The position numbers and the translations under genes were made by a program. A stretch of DNA of 63,789 nt, filler included, from Hyphochytrium catenoides (taxonomy: Eukaryota > Protista > Hyphochytriomycota): assembly GCA_900088475.1 (NCBI GenBank). It is 6 parts of 6 records of this genome, joined end to end, with 100 filler letters (N's around TTAATTAATTAA, not from the genome) between each part and the next. Parts side by side here need not be neighbours in the genome. Positions count along the whole stretch, not along the records: positions 48,362 to 57,668 come from FLMG01003496.1; positions 57,769 to 59,794 come from FLMG01003760.1; positions 59,895 to 62,679 come from FLMG01004297.1; positions 62,780 to 63,789 come from FLMG01004636.1; 2 more parts are not named here. The stretch is one strand, 5' to 3'. Positions 50,855 to 63,789 of this stretch are shown here, piece after piece. The notes below the pieces were generated by a model. The model was not told the DNA's origin. It searched no databases and saw only the letters and a program-made list of their open reading frames with translations. How positions within the stretch are numbered: the stretch's first letter is position 1; each line of letters opens with the position of its first letter.

Positions 50855-52974
50855 CTAGCAGCCGACTAACTTGGAGCTTCCTGACTCTCGGAGCAAGAAG
50901 CGGAAACATTGAGCACCGAAGTATGGAGCGGTGGCTGCCACCAGGAACAATAGACTTGGCCACAGCCTTCTCCCCTCCATATGCCGCCACAGGCTCAAGA
51001 AGTCCACGTCTTGTACACGCTTGAGAAGGAATATGAGGAGCGCCATCTGAGCAGTATGAATAAGACACTGTTGAGTCATTTGCATTCCAACCAATAGGAT
51101 AACTCCTATTCGTCCTTCTTCTGGGTCTGGCAACGTCCTTGCTTCGTCCACCTGAGCATAGCTACAGTGAGAGCTCCTCTCTGATAGCTGGACGAGATCA
51201 ATGGCATTGGCTGCTCCTATGGCGCCGAAAGCCGCCAGGATCATAGCGAGAGTACTATCTATCCACACGGACTGCATAGCATCCTCCTTGGTATCTTGGG
51301 ATGACCGGCTAATATTATTGCCAGTCAACGGAGATGTTGGTTGCTGATATAAAGCAGATTTGGGACACGCCGTATTGGTGTCGCTATTCTTCTCCTGCTG
51401 CTGCCTTTTCTCACACTCTGCAGCTCCTTTTTCGGGCATTGCGGTAACACGATTACTGCTCTTCTTCTCCTCTTCGACCTGGCCACGGTCAGGTTTCCCT
51501 GGACCGTGTGCATTTTGCGAGGATCCAACCAGTTGCTTGACGCAGCCGACCTTCTTCTTTGCAGGGCAGGCCGAGTCGCTGTTGTCTGCTCCTTGCAGAC
51601 CACTGCCTTCCAGTCTGCTACTTCTCCTTGTCACTTCCTCTCCTCCTCCTAGCCACCTGCCTTGCCCTAAGAGCGAGGCGCATTTAAGAGAAAAGCGGTC
51701 TCGAAGCCTGACAGAGAGAACGGACACCACGGTGACAAAGCCCGATAAGAAAGTAAGGGAGTTTGCATGGGAGAGAGCCATTACTCGCTGCCCCAAGCTT
51801 AGAACAAACGAAACCGCAAAGATCTCAGGGAACCAATTCTTAGAGCGATCACCGATCTTGACGCAGCCCGCTTGGTAGAAGAGGGTACCCTAGAATATGC
51901 AAAAAAAAGACGATCATCAGTCCCATCCGCCGAAGACAAGTCACTGCTTTCAGCTGGCCACTACTCAACTGGCTCAACCCGCCCCTTTTTGCCACGCAAT
52001 GATCCCTCTGACCCGTCGTCCCTGGTTACAATCATGTCTACTTTATCATACCTCCCGTCCCAACATCACGAGTTTGAGACAAGTACCTGAATGCGCGTTA
52101 GGGAAAGCAGGCCGAGGAAAAAGCAGGGGAGAGCAATGGAGCCGTAAAGAAGGTCCAGAAACTGCGAGTTCCGGCTGTGCACGGCCAGTTGAAGAGGTAG
52201 GAGCAGCTTCACTATCACCATTCCGGCACATATCGACAGTACAAATGGGAGAGGGATCAAGACTCGAGAGAACCGCCGTTTGGAACCCAGATGATCGGAG
52301 TAGAGTTCAGTTGCAATGTAAACATTGCCCAGGATCAGCAGATACTCAACCAAGTACGCGCTGGGCCAGTAAAAATGCGATATGACCTCCAACCCAACGC
52401 AGCAGAGCATCTCTACCACGGTCAAGGCTACGACTCGAACGGCACTAGGTGAAAGCTTCCTACCAGCCGGAATGGGAAGGGAAAGTGGAAAGGATACACC
52501 CACGACATTCCGATGCGCAGGTGAGATGGGTAAAGAAGAAGGAGAAGTGGATTCTCGAAGAAAAAATATGTGACCGCCAGTCACTAGAGTGACGAGAAGA
52601 AGAGGGAGACAATGAGTTGCCGGAACGATTAAAAGAGCGCTGTAGACAAGCCAGCCAATAGAGACACGGTAAATTTCTCGCTTGTCCTGCAAGCAAGCAT
52701 CCAAGCTGACCGAGGGGCACTGAGGTAACAAGGAAACGAGAGACCAAAAGGTGAAGACTATAACAAAGTAGATGAGGAAGGAGAAGACGGAGTAGAGGAT
52801 TGCCAAGCCCAAGAACTCGATTCCTGTACGCAAGCCGACTGAGTGGTGAGAGCTGGAGTACCCATTGGGCCGGCCTCGTGCTAGATTTCGTTCTTCTCCT
52901 TTCGTCGAACAACTAAGCTGGAGGGGGACGGTCCTGGGAGGACCAGGTCTGACACTGATCTTTTGCTGCCCCAT
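50855..52974 (-). CDS. Multi-pass membrane protein of unknown function (two exons)
   Basis: The 302-aa and 313-aa hydrophobic ORFs join in frame through a GT-AG intron (~52086-51886: LTRIQ|GTLFYQAG...LGQRVMAL). Many TM-like segments with a long polar loop. Confidence 0.65.
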
Positions 52975-53852
52975 CTTAAGAGTGGTAGGTCCTCCTTCTC
53001 AAAAGCCGTGCAAATTCGTTAACCATTCCTTTCCTTGCTGGAAAATGCCTTTCTAGGCTTGCAGGGACTTCTAGGCCCATAAGGAGTGGCGTTTCCAGTC
53101 AAAGAAGAGGTTTTTGCCCGCGTTATTAACCGTAGCTGGGTCCTCCTCTTGTCTTGTTTCAAAAAGATTCAAAGCCTTTTCGGGTATAGAGACAGGGAGA
53201 ACATTGTACACCACATAGATCTTGCCCAAGACCTACCACGCTAGAGAAACGTGAAGCTATGCGAGCTCTACGGAGCTCTTCCACCTGCTGAGAGCTCAAT
53301 CCTGAGAAGAGACAAAGCAAAGCGGCAGACGACGGTTCCTAATACTGCCGCGCTCGCCATAGGGGATCGCAAGAAAGCAACGTGGAGGGAAGAGGTAATA
53401 CCCAGCCGGATCTGACTCTTTCAGAGGAGGAGGAGGAGAGAGAGAGGAGGAGGAGGGCTCGTCCATCAACAAGGGGGAGGGAATGGAGTTACATAATCTA
53501 TCAATAATCTGTCTTCTTCATATGACGGATATAGTAAAATAGCTTAATCGCATTCCTGATCCTGGTTCCCTAGCTCTACAGAACGCAGTAACGGCCATTA
53601 GAACTCCTCGTAAAATCACTGCACGAAGTATCTTTCAGAAGCGTTCTTCAATGTCCTTCAACATCAAAGGCAGCGTGCTGCTGGTTATCTGCCTTTATTA
53701 CACAATGCATTGTCGTTAGGTTAGGTTAGGCTTGTAAGGTACAACTAGCACAGGCCTTTTTTCCATCTGTGCTTGACTCTCCCTCGTAGGGTAGCTATTC
53801 TTTCCTTGCGTTAGATAGACGACACTCCGCCCTAGTGCCCTTGGTCCGTCTC

Positions 53853-56800
53853 TCAGTTCATCCTTCCGATGCAGTTAGGCGCCCCGCAGTTGCAGGACAA
53901 AGACCCGTCTTCGATAGGGAACTTATAGTCGTAGGTCACTTCTTCTCCAGGTTGGAGAGTCCGCTTCGCAAAAATAATAATTTTCTTCTCATTGTTATCG
54001 ACAGTCACAATCTTCGCGTACGCGTTTGGCTGCAGTGGAAAGGCAAATAACGAGGCAACAAATATTGAGAATAGTGACGGTACACTAAGGGTGATACCCC
54101 AGCACAAAGGGACTACAGGGATTACCCAGGAGACATCATATCTGAGAAGGTCTAAACAAAAACTAAGAGGAGGCATAGATTTCCCTCTCTCTATTCACGC
54201 CCCACCGCGACTAGTAATGCAAAGGTCAGGCAAGGGTGGACAGAGGAGAGAGAAGATGGCGAGGAAGGGTATAGAATAGTACCGTGCACGAATGGTTTAT
54301 AAAGCGAGCCAGATTGCCTCGCTCGGTTGCATCCACAACGTAACTCTCGTCCAAGCGGAACATGTAGCAGCTGCCGATACCCTGTTCCTCGTACCTGTGT
54401 ATAGCAAGCAGAGTTAGATTCAGTAGCAGGAAGAGTGACAGGTAAGAGTGATGACGCTCCTTGTGCAGGTTGTTAGAGTTCCTCAAGTAGTGGTACCGAG
54501 TAATCTAGGAAAAAGTGCAGTAGAGACTAAAAATTCCCTTATTTTACTTAGAAGGGCACGTCATACCTCTTCTCTCTCAGGTCTGCGACCTTGATCCTGA
54601 TGGCCTCTCCCTGGTACTCCACAATCATCTTGTCCTTCAATACCGTCTCCTTAAGGAACAGACCCCAGCCATGGATGCCAGACTTGTGAACCTGCACGGA
54701 TCGGAAGAAGTGACAAATGAATGTGAAAAGAAGTTTAAGGTCTTCCAAGAAAGAAGCGATGGGCTAGAAAGGCAAGAAACGGGGGCCATGATGGAACGAA
54801 AAAATCGACGCCCGTGGGTGTAGACCATGCTGCATTCGACAAAGAGAGAAATGGGGGGAATAGAGGCGAACCTCCATTCTCTCCATGAAGGGCCTTCTCC
54901 TAAGTTCTCGGTATTGCATCGCGAGCGGTAGAGCTGAAAGGGCGGACCCCCCTCCGCTGTTTTTGGTGTTAGGACCTCCTCCTCCGGCCCCGGCTCCGCC
55001 CACCGTTTCGTCCGTCGTGCGAAAGAACGATTTCTAGTTTGATGGAAAACGTTAGAGACACGACGGTTAGTTCAAAAGGATAAGCAAGACAACTGTGCAG
55101 CGAACATGGTGAGTGTAGAGGCAGAACAGAAGAGAGAACGCTCGGAAGAGAAATAGTAGCGCATGCCTGTATGGCCCTCTTCTTCTGACGGGTGAACCCT
55201 TCTGTTCTTGCACTTCCTGATTTACTTCGTCCTTGAAGTTCTACGGCTGAGTGCAAGTGTAGTTCCCATGCTTGATTTGCATCCTCCAGACTGCACTCCA
55301 AGTGCCTGGAAAGAGGTGACCAAAAATAGATGACCATGGTCAGCAAGGGCACATGATGTAGCTACAAAGGCTGACCGAAGTGTAAGGGGACAATAAGACA
55401 AACTCTTATGGAGATAATACGTACGCCAGCCAAGGTCTCATGTTTTTTTTTCATACCTCAGCTGATATCTGTCACTCGTATTTTCAGGCACGAGAGCCGT
55501 GATAAGAGCGTTGGGAAGCGTTTCAATCGCCCTTGATATGGCTGGCAGTCCAAAGCCAAAGAAGTGGGCTCCCAACAGGCCGTAAGACTCCCACTGTCTT
55601 CTCTCCCGATATCGCAAGGGACCCTTAACGAGCTTCCCGTCGATAAGCGCACCATGAGGGGGTGGAGCGTTAAGCCGGCTGATCTGGTCGTCCTCCTTCG
55701 AGAATTGCGCTGAGACTCGGCTTCGAACAATGTGAAACGCGGCTGCAGGACAGGAAAAAAAAAGCAGAGAGGGATGTGGTCCGACCAAAGAGATTTAGGC
55801 TAAGCCCTAACAAACATAATTACTCTGTAACCTCTTTATGCAAGACTTATCCAACTAACAGGTCTTCGCTCACTTCAGAGGTATGTGTCTATGCTTTCTT
55901 CAGCAAAGAATATATCTGTCAGCTGGAAGCTGATCTTGGCTCGATTTCAGAGCATTTCCAGTTATCTCTTCACCCTCCAAAGGCAGTCTTACCTTCAGCT
56001 GACCTTTCCATGATGGGATTATTCCTATCATCGTAAGGAGTGATCCTGAACCACGGGCCACGAGGGCTGGGATGCGCAGGATCACCGTCCTCCTCCAGCT
56101 CCACTATCTCGCATATGTAGTAGGTCCGTGTTCTACGGTATATGCACAGAAAAGAACGACATCATGTGCATCGTTAACATAGGAACGAGGACAGGCCAGC
56201 CTTCGGAAAGAGTAAGCTTCGAGCTAGAGCCCGCGCGAAGGACTTAAGGGCTATGGCCATCAGAAATAAGAATGTTGCGGCATACGAATAGAGGAAGCGG
56301 AACACTGAGGCAAGGAGCCTGACACAAGCAGCCACTGCCAGGGTAGGAGGCAATGATCGAGGAAGACCATACCTCGGCTTCTTGGTGCTCCAGTAAATCC
56401 TAGACGCTACGTAACCCAGAGGGAAGAGGTGGTCACGGGTGTGATAGCCAGGCGTGGTGGTTACAATGCGGCCCCAGTTATGTACAACTAACGACCCCAC
56501 ACGAAGAAGCTCCTCTTGCGAAGAAAGTGCTAAGAGCTCGCTGTCTTTGCCCAGTTTTGGTTTCTTTGAGAGAAAGGGTGACGAAGACGCCTTGTTCTCT
56601 TCTACCTATAAAGAAGCACGAGGCCTGTCAGACGAAAGAGTTCGCAGATGCCTGGTGATAGAGGAGATCGCGGATAGGGTGGCTGGCACCTCGCCGTTCC
56701 TGTGATCTCATTCTGCAACCTTGATCTATAATCATGCAAAAACGTACCACTAGATATCTAAGCGGCTCTCCGGGATCAACATCCTGCATTAGGGGATCTT

Positions 56801-57668
56801 TATTGCCTTCCTCGCGCGGGTCATGACCAGGAGTCGTGCAGTAGCTCTGTTTATTTTCTAAAAAGTGCAAACCCTCCTGCACGAAATGCGATCAAGCAAG
56901 ATAGGTACGCTGTTTCAGCATCGAGGAGCACTTGCTGAGAAAGGACGAGTTTCCATACCTCACGAGCACAACGATAGTGGTATATCTTGGGGCATTTTAA
57001 AGTACAGCAGCCAAGCGTGGCTCCGCTTAAGTTACAGTGAGAACACCGCTACAAGTGCAGAAAAGAAAGGACACCACCGTCAGGTCTCGCTTGATTGTGG
57101 CATACACAAGAAGAACGATGCCACCCTCACATTGAGTGTATGAAGGAAGATCCCCAGAACCTACCACCATCTGAAACTTCAGAGATAGTGTAAGTTAAGA
57201 TCCTTACCATTGTCCTACTCCTGCTTCTGGCTTTGTATGCGTTCACCAACTGGCCCATCGTGCCCTCAAACACTTCAGAAGACCACAGACCACAATTCGC
57301 ATGCACCCATTGATCCGAGTCCATGGAGAGTAAGCGACCGCTGATAGGGCTGTCTCCAAATTCCCTGGACGGATCAAAGAAGTAAATGGACGATAAGAGC
57401 GACACAACTCCTCGCAGCGACAAAGAAGCAGATAGGTTGGTGTCTGAGGAATAGGTGACTAGACTTGTATAGAGAAGTCTACCAATGGCTGACAGCGAAG
57501 CGGAGGACTACCTGCAAAGAGCACACTGGCGAGGGTCTCTCCACGTTTCTCCAGTATCTTCAGCCCATCCCATCACGGGATCGGCCTTGGAAGTGAACGG
57601 AACCTCGGCGAGAGGGGAGTAAAGAGGAAGACAGTTGTCTCCTTTTGACCCTTCTGGCTTATCTTGGG
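53853..57668 (-). CDS. Trithorax/KMT2-type H3K4 methyltransferase, C-terminal part (ePHD, FYRN, FYRC, Win motif, SET, post-SET); 5' end truncated
   Basis: ePHD: [48 protein letters not shown]: [28 protein letters not shown]: [20 protein letters not shown]. Win: GSARTEG. SET: [51 protein letters not shown]. Post-SET: [13 protein letters not shown]. Confidence 0.95.
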
Positions 57669-57768
57669 NNNNNNNNNNNNNNNNNNNNNNNNNNNNNNNN
57701 NNNNNNNNNNNNTTAATTAATTAANNNNNNNNNNNNNNNNNNNNNNNNNNNNNNNNNNNNNNNNNNNN
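57669..57768. other. Artificial contig spacer
   Basis: TTAATTAATTAA at 57713-57724. Confidence 0.97.
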
Positions 57769-59079
57769 CTCTCTCTTCTCAGGCTGACACGAAGTTTCTA
57801 GGTGCAATAGACAGAGTAACCGATAATGACAGCGGAAGAGACGAAGAGAGAAGAATGAAGAGAGCAGTGGAGAAAGAAGAAAACGTCATCCTTCTGATTG
57901 ATGATGATGGGAACCTGCTCATTATCTTTTTATAAATGTCACTCTTCGCAAGTCGCATCTCACTCTTCTCCCCTCTCTCTCTCTCCTCAAAACTTTGCTT
58001 GTCCTGAGCGTTAGCTGGCGTTTCTCCTCTCCTCGTCGGCCCTCGGCCTCCGCCTTTCACCAGAAAGAGGTGCAAGTCTTTCTTGATGATCGATCATTCA
58101 TAGCTTTTCATAGCCTTGTCCGTTGTCTAGAAGGAGAGAGAGATGAAAGGAAGTTATGAGAACAGCAGAAAAAGAGAAGAGAAAGGATAAAAAGATAACA
58201 GTCGGCAGTGAGAGAGCGACGGTATGAGAGAGAGGAAGACGGAGAGATAGAGAAAGAGAACGAGAAGCCACCAGCAAGTGAGAGAGCGACGAAACATGTG
58301 TGTGTGTGTGTGTGTGTGAGAGGAGAGAGAGAGGGACAGACAGAGAGAGAGAGAGACAGACAGAGAGAGAGAAGGGAAAGCGCGTGGACCCTGGAACTTG
58401 AGCACTCACCCTAACATAGTCCTGACCTTTCTCTCCGCGTCCTCCTTTCCTCCTATGTTCTTTCGACTCTCTCTCCTCTCGCTAAGGCGATAGTCGGTGT
58501 CTTTTCTTTAGTGATCTACAGACCGAGAAGAGCCGTGCTCTGTCTTCTCCTCTTCCTGTCCTCTCTCTTCTCTCTCTTCTTGTTGCCTCTCTCCCCCTTC
58601 CATCTCTCTCTCTCTTCTCTGTCTTGCCACGAACTGTCTTCTTTCTCCTCTGTCATTAATTTGACAGTTGCTCCTATCATCCGATCTCCTTTGTCTGTCA
58701 AAGAAACGACGACTGGAGCTCGTCTCTCTCTCCTTTTGCTGATCTCTTTCTTCCTTATGCATTCTGTTCGTCTCTCAGATAATAATCTTCAGAGTGAAGA
58801 GATAGACAAGCTCTTCTCTTTATTGCGGAGCTAGCACGTAGAGCTGTCAGCGGCATGGTGAGATAGTAGCGAGGCGAGGGCTAAAGAGAGAAAGCGAGGG
58901 AGAGAGAATGAGAGAGAGAGAGAGGAAAAGAGAGAGAAGATGAGCCTCCTGCCCTCTTAGAAGAGATAAGCCCTCGCATATCTATTTTTATAAAAAGTGA
59001 AGGATAGACCGATAGGAAAGATGAGAGCCAGAAGATTGGAAGAGAAAAAAGCGAGAGGAGACTTTGGATTATCCGCCAA

Positions 59080-59114
<35 letters not shown>

Positions 59115-59287
59115 TAAGAGAGACTGTACTGCCAAATAGAGTATAATTCTCTCAGTAGGGCGCAACAGGAGAGAAAGGCAGAGTGAAGCGAGGCGGCAGT
59201 ATCCGCAAATAAATAAACAGTTAGAAGAGCTATCTAAACGTATCATAACAAAGGGGAAAAAGACAGAGATTGGAAACAATAGCCCAT

Positions 59288-59339
<52 letters not shown>

Positions 59340-59359
59340 CTCTCCCTCTTTCTGCTTCT

Positions 59360-59617
59360 TCAGTATGAGACAACTGTGACTGTCCCTTCAAGTTCGAGGT
59401 AGAAAGGGAGAGAAGAATGTGGCATCTCCAGCATCTGATTGCTCTCTGCGGCTCTTCCTCCTCTCTTTACAGCGACGGTGATGTGAGGGACAGAGTTAAC
59501 GGAGGGGAGAGAGGAAGGGAGAATGGCTGAGAAGGCGAGGTTTGACTCATTCCAGCAGAGAGAAGACGTGAAGATTGTCACTTTCTCTCCCACCTGCGCC
59601 TTCACCTCGTGGTAGAC
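59360..59617 (-). CDS. Probable terminal exon of an unknown gene
   Basis: Follows a CT-rich tract and a CAG acceptor; open frame VYHEVKAQVGEKVTIF...LELEGTVTVVSY*. Confidence 0.3.
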   Translation of the reverse strand, partial: VYHEVKAQVGEKVTIFTSSLCWNESNLAFSAILPSSLPSVNSVPHITVAVKRGGRAAESNQMLEMPHSSLPFYLELEGTVTVVSY

Positions 59618-59794
59618 CTGAAGTACAGGGAGACAGGGTTTGAGAGAGAAACGAGGAGAGAAGGAGAACGAAAGAGAGAGAGAAAGTGTCAGAGAGAGAG
59701 TCCAACAAGGGGAAGAGAAAGAAGTTAGCAACATATAAAAAGAGCCAGAGAGAGAGAGTGTGTCCGTGTGTGTGCGTGAGAGAGAGAGAGAGAG

Positions 59795-59894
59795 NNNNNN
59801 NNNNNNNNNNNNNNNNNNNNNNNNNNNNNNNNNNNNNNTTAATTAATTAANNNNNNNNNNNNNNNNNNNNNNNNNNNNNNNNNNNNNNNNNNNN
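59795..59894. other. Artificial contig spacer
   Basis: TTAATTAATTAA at 59839-59850. Confidence 0.97.
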
Positions 59895-60711
59895 AGAGAG
59901 AGAGAGAGAAAGACAAAAGATGCGTGATGGCCTGTCATCCCTTCTTATAAAGCTTCTGAAGATTGTAACGCCGCCAGGGCATATTACTATGCATACCTGT
60001 ATATCCCTATACACGAGAGAGAGAGAACATTACTACTCCAGAAGGTTCTTTGTCCTCTCCCTCCCACGCCTATTACTATGACTAATTTAGCTTGATTTAT
60101 AGGGATCTTACCATGAAATCGACGTATTACTATAATCCTTGGCGTTGACCCGAATGTACAAGGTCCTTCTTGATAGTTGTATATTATGAATTCTGTCCCG
60201 ACCCTTGTAGGAAGGGAGCAAGAGAAACTTCAACAGGATTTCTGACCGCCTGGTTGTTAGACAGAACGAGAGCCATCCAGCCAGAGGAGCAAGAGGTACG
60301 ATAAGCCTAATGAGGAAGGAGCTCAATGGTAGACAGAGGATACAGAGAGACATACACTTTGAGAGAGGCATGACAGTAAGGGACGAAGCGAAAGAGAGAT
60401 TGCTATAATGCTGCAACTTGTCTTGGGCGTCAGATCGTGAAGCTTCATCACCGAGCAATAGTGAAGCTTCATCGCGGTAGCATGGTCTAACTTTAGCTAA
60501 GGACAAGCCCATACAGTCCTAGCTAGCTCATGCTAGGCCCTAGGCTGGGCGCTAGACTGAAGAGAAAGGTTTGCGGATGGTCGAAGAAAGAAGGTGATTG
60601 AGCACACACAACGGAGTAAGGTCCAGATCCGATAGGACCAGGCTTATCGATAAGGGCTAATATAGTTAAAGGACATAGACCAGCGTCCTCTGTCACGTGG
60701 TCCTCCTCGTC

Positions 60712-62359
60712 TTATCGAGGATCGGCTATTGGGAGATGTAACGCTCTCATCCTTGACACTGCACGCCAGGCTATGAACGTAAAATATTCTCTAGGAGTAA
60801 GACGTTCCACATCTTTGTGGGAGTGAAACTGCCCTTGAGCATCTAGCGCAGCATTATCCAGCACCAGGTTGCTGCTTGGCATGGTCTGTGGAGCCCATAA
60901 AATCCTGACGTCTTTGTCAAACCAATCCCGTTTGGAGAAAGGGGCGTCGTCGTGCATACAGTGGATGTGAATTGTATCGTCACTGTTAGTCTCTAAAGAA
61001 GGACGGTCAGTTCCACTGGAACTTTACTCATCTGAGAGCTCAGGGACCAACTGATTGATGGCTATTTGCGCTGCGTACAAGCTGACGACGCCCCTCCGCC
61101 AGGTTGGCCACTCTCTCTCGTCATAGGTGTGGAATAGATGTCCCACCCCGTCGACATGCGGACCAAACTCATTCTTGATCAGTTGAATCCCCAGGCTCAT
61201 GGAGATGTTCACAATCTGCCCTATAATAGAAGGAGGGACGAACCAGCCGGGAACAAATGTCTGACACACCACGATGTGTATAGCCATACTTCGATGCCAC
61301 AAAGCGCAGCCTTTCCCTTGTGAAATCGTTGGTGTACCCTGTTGCACCGTAAGCCATATCGGTTTCAGGGCGATAGGTGAGAATCCGTGGTGTGATGAAA
61401 GCGTCCTCGTCAGTCCTGAGGATGTAATGATAGCGGCCTAGAACTTCAGGGAAAGGATACTGGGAGATGAAGTACAAGGAGTTGATAAAGCCGTAGTTGG
61501 CCTCTTCCCATTCCTGAGGAAGAGCAGGCTGAGGGTACCACCTGCAGTTAGCCACCAGATCATGTTGCAAAAGAATGCTACTTCTCTCACTCCCGGAGCT
61601 TGGCCTTATATGCCCTGTGATTCTATCTCTAATGAGGTCTGTCATCGGGCGACAGTCCGGAGGCAAGTTATCGCATGGCGCCTCACAAGAGATTTAGAGA
61701 TCAACTATGGTGTCTCTGGCTTCAGGCAGAGACGTGACATAAGCCCATGACGGATGGAGAAAGAAGTTAAGGAAAGATAGGTGATGGTTCTGCTTCGACA
61801 CTCGGACGACCACGGCCAAGTGAGAGATCTTGTTACCTACAGGCAACCCAACATACTCGGACTGCTTTGTTCTGAGACGCTGTGAGGCCTGTACGCTTCT
61901 TCGTTCGGTTTGCATTTGGGCAGGATGGGTTTGATGGCCTCTCGAGGTGGACTCTGCGTCGCTATTGCTTGCAAAGGCCTGTTGAGCTGGGGCGCCGTGT
62001 TTTGGGTGACGGAAAGCGATCATGATAAAGCAAAGTACCATAGCTAGGATGCAGACGTGACCATAGGATCGACGGATCGACGCCCTTTCTTTAAGCTCTC
62101 CATCCCCATCGTCGCACTTCCTTTTGTTGCTGGTGAAAGGGCGGATGAATAGCCTCGTTATCCCTGCCTTTACCGCAGTTATGCAGCTCATTATCCTTCG
62201 TACGTTGACACCATTGTGCGGGCCCACCTCATGCGAAGAAGAGGAGTGTTGGCAGGATGAGTAACCTACTTCTGGTCCCGGTAGCGCGACAGTGGTGCCC
62301 TTCTGTTGGCGAGCCGTGCCATAGTCATAGACAGTGGCTCCTCTATCGTACCTCAACAT
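60712..62359 (-). pseudogene. Intronless glycosyltransferase-like (GT-A, DxD) type II membrane protein gene, disrupted
   Basis: Membrane anchor HVCILAMVLCFIMIAF; YHYILRTDEDAFITP; EWPTWRRGVVSLYAAQIAINQL; HIHCMH..FSK. In-frame TAA at 61696-61694 and 61026-61024, plus a one-base frameshift near 61250. Confidence 0.7.
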
Positions 62360-62679
62360 TCTACACAGCGTGCAAATGGAGTGTACGCAAGCCTATGCTC
62401 GTTATCCAGAAGTCGACGGATTGATGCAGTCTGCCCGAGGAAAGGACCACAAAGAATCCCTGATAAGAAGGGACGTCCCACCCTATACAAAACCTCTGTT
62501 GCACAAAACAGAGGAAGGTATCCAACGAGCAGCCTCCCTTCTATTGCCTAGGTTCGCAGAGATGCAATAGCGTATAGAAGATAAAGCGCTCTTCAGTAGA
62601 CGGCACAGGCGGGTGTGGAATGTAGAATCAAGCGCTTGTGATAAAGCGCCTTGTCCAACTAAGGGTACTCTGCAACCTT

Positions 62680-62779
62680 NNNNNNNNNNNNNNNNNNNNN
62701 NNNNNNNNNNNNNNNNNNNNNNNTTAATTAATTAANNNNNNNNNNNNNNNNNNNNNNNNNNNNNNNNNNNNNNNNNNNN
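62680..62779. other. Artificial contig spacer
   Basis: TTAATTAATTAA at 62724-62735. Confidence 0.97.
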
Positions 62780-62819
62780 CCAGCCTCAAAATTTCTTAGA
62801 GTAAGTGAAGGCTGCACAA

Positions 62820-62956
62820 GCGAGAGAGAGAGAGAGAACAAGAGAGAGATGACGGAACAGAGAAACGTTAGAGAGAGAGAGTGCTAGCGAGAAGAGATAT
62901 GTACATGAGGACTACAAAGAGAGTCGTCACAAACAAAACCGATGTAGAACTAGTGA

Positions 62957-62991
<35 letters not shown>

Positions 62992-63214
62992 ATGCAAGAT
63001 TTTAGATAACCGGGTGAAAGAGTAATGTTAGCGAATTAAGAGTCAGAAAGAGAGAAGACTGAAATCAAGGCAGCAATGATAAAGGGACATCTAACTAAGT
63101 AGAGAGAGAAAAGGAGGAGCTTGAGAAGGGAAGAGTGAGAAATGCCTGAGGGCGAGAGCGACAGGAAGAGAGGCTAAGAGAGAAAGGGAGAGAGAGAGAG
63201 AGAGAAAAAAAAAG

Positions 63215-63246
<32 letters not shown>

Positions 63247-63757
63247 TCCTCTAAGCAGGCTCCGTGTTATCTCTTACGTGTGGGCCAAACGTCCAAAAGC
63301 CCTGAGCACCCTGTGAAAGACAGGCGCTAGAGAGAATCATCCAGCCCACCGCTTGGACGTGATCCTCCTCTTTCTCTCTTTCTCTCTCTCTCTTTTCTTC
63401 TTCCTCGTCCTTCTCTAGAAGAGAGCAGCAGCCTCTCTGCCTCTCTCTTAGAGCCTTCGCCATGGGAGGCGGCATCTTTTGGTACAATCGCTGTTAAGTA
63501 CAAGGGAGAGAGAAAAGACAGACTTGGTGAGAGGGAGAGATAAAGAAGTGATTAAAAAGAGATAAAGAGTCGGGGCAGAGAGAGACGATAGCGAGAGTTG
63601 GAGGAGCGAGAGAAGAAAAGAGAAGGTATGTACGAGGTGAGAGGAAAGGAGAGAGAGAGAGAAAGGAGACAGAGAACAGGCAAGAGAGAGTGAGAGCAAG
63701 AGATAACTTGGAGGATCTGAAGAGAAGAAAATCCCACTTATGGACTTGCTCCCTCCG

Positions 63758-63789
<32 letters not shown>
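62820..63789. repeat. GA/CT microsatellite-rich low-complexity sequence (also ~200-1540, 2800-2920, 25920-26010, 34100-34400, 48000-48261, 58100-59340)
   Basis: (GA)n/(CT)n runs seen directly; several N gaps and contig ends fall in them. Confidence 0.9.

Noticed and set aside
53715-53730. (TTAGG)3 telomere-like run
   Set aside because: Only three copies, internal, and easily explained by chance.
60437-60473. Direct repeat GTGAAGCTTCATC x2
   Set aside because: Two copies only with no array; not CRISPR-like, and the DNA is eukaryotic.
60712-62359. Non-standard genetic code (TAA read as sense)
   Set aside because: A frameshift accompanies the stops. Conserved genes here end in TAA, TAG and TGA, and I saw no unexplained internal stops in them.

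Overview
This is intron-rich eukaryotic DNA (about 50% GC, very GA/CT-microsatellite rich). The tandem Agenet/Tudor repeats suggest a stramenopile-type protist, but that is only an inference. The window is not one locus: five artificial 100-bp spacers (N44-TTAATTAATTAA-N44) join six pieces (1-24620, 24721-48261, 48362-57668, 57769-59794, 59895-62679, 62780-63789). Recognisable spliced genes are a giant (>22 kb, 5'-truncated) minus-strand gene combining Agenet/Tudor repeats, EF-hands, PUB-like domains, WD40 repeats, a probable pseudokinase and a helical region; a USP16/45-type deubiquitinase with an inserted ubiquitin-like domain; a bacterial-type tRNA dimethylallyltransferase; COP9 signalosome subunit 1; a TMEM267-like protein; a protein with six copies of an unrecognised ~60-aa 'HP' repeat; a multi-pass membrane protein; the 3' part of a trithorax/KMT2-type SET gene; and a pseudogenised glycosyltransferase-like gene. 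The best non-coding leads are a ~170-nt pre-miRNA-like foldback, a recurring Myb-like motif (CCGCTAACGG), and a 22-bp exonic duplication that creates GT-AG ends. Exon joins were inferred by eye from GT-AG sites and reading-frame continuity. No tRNA, rRNA or CRISPR array was seen.
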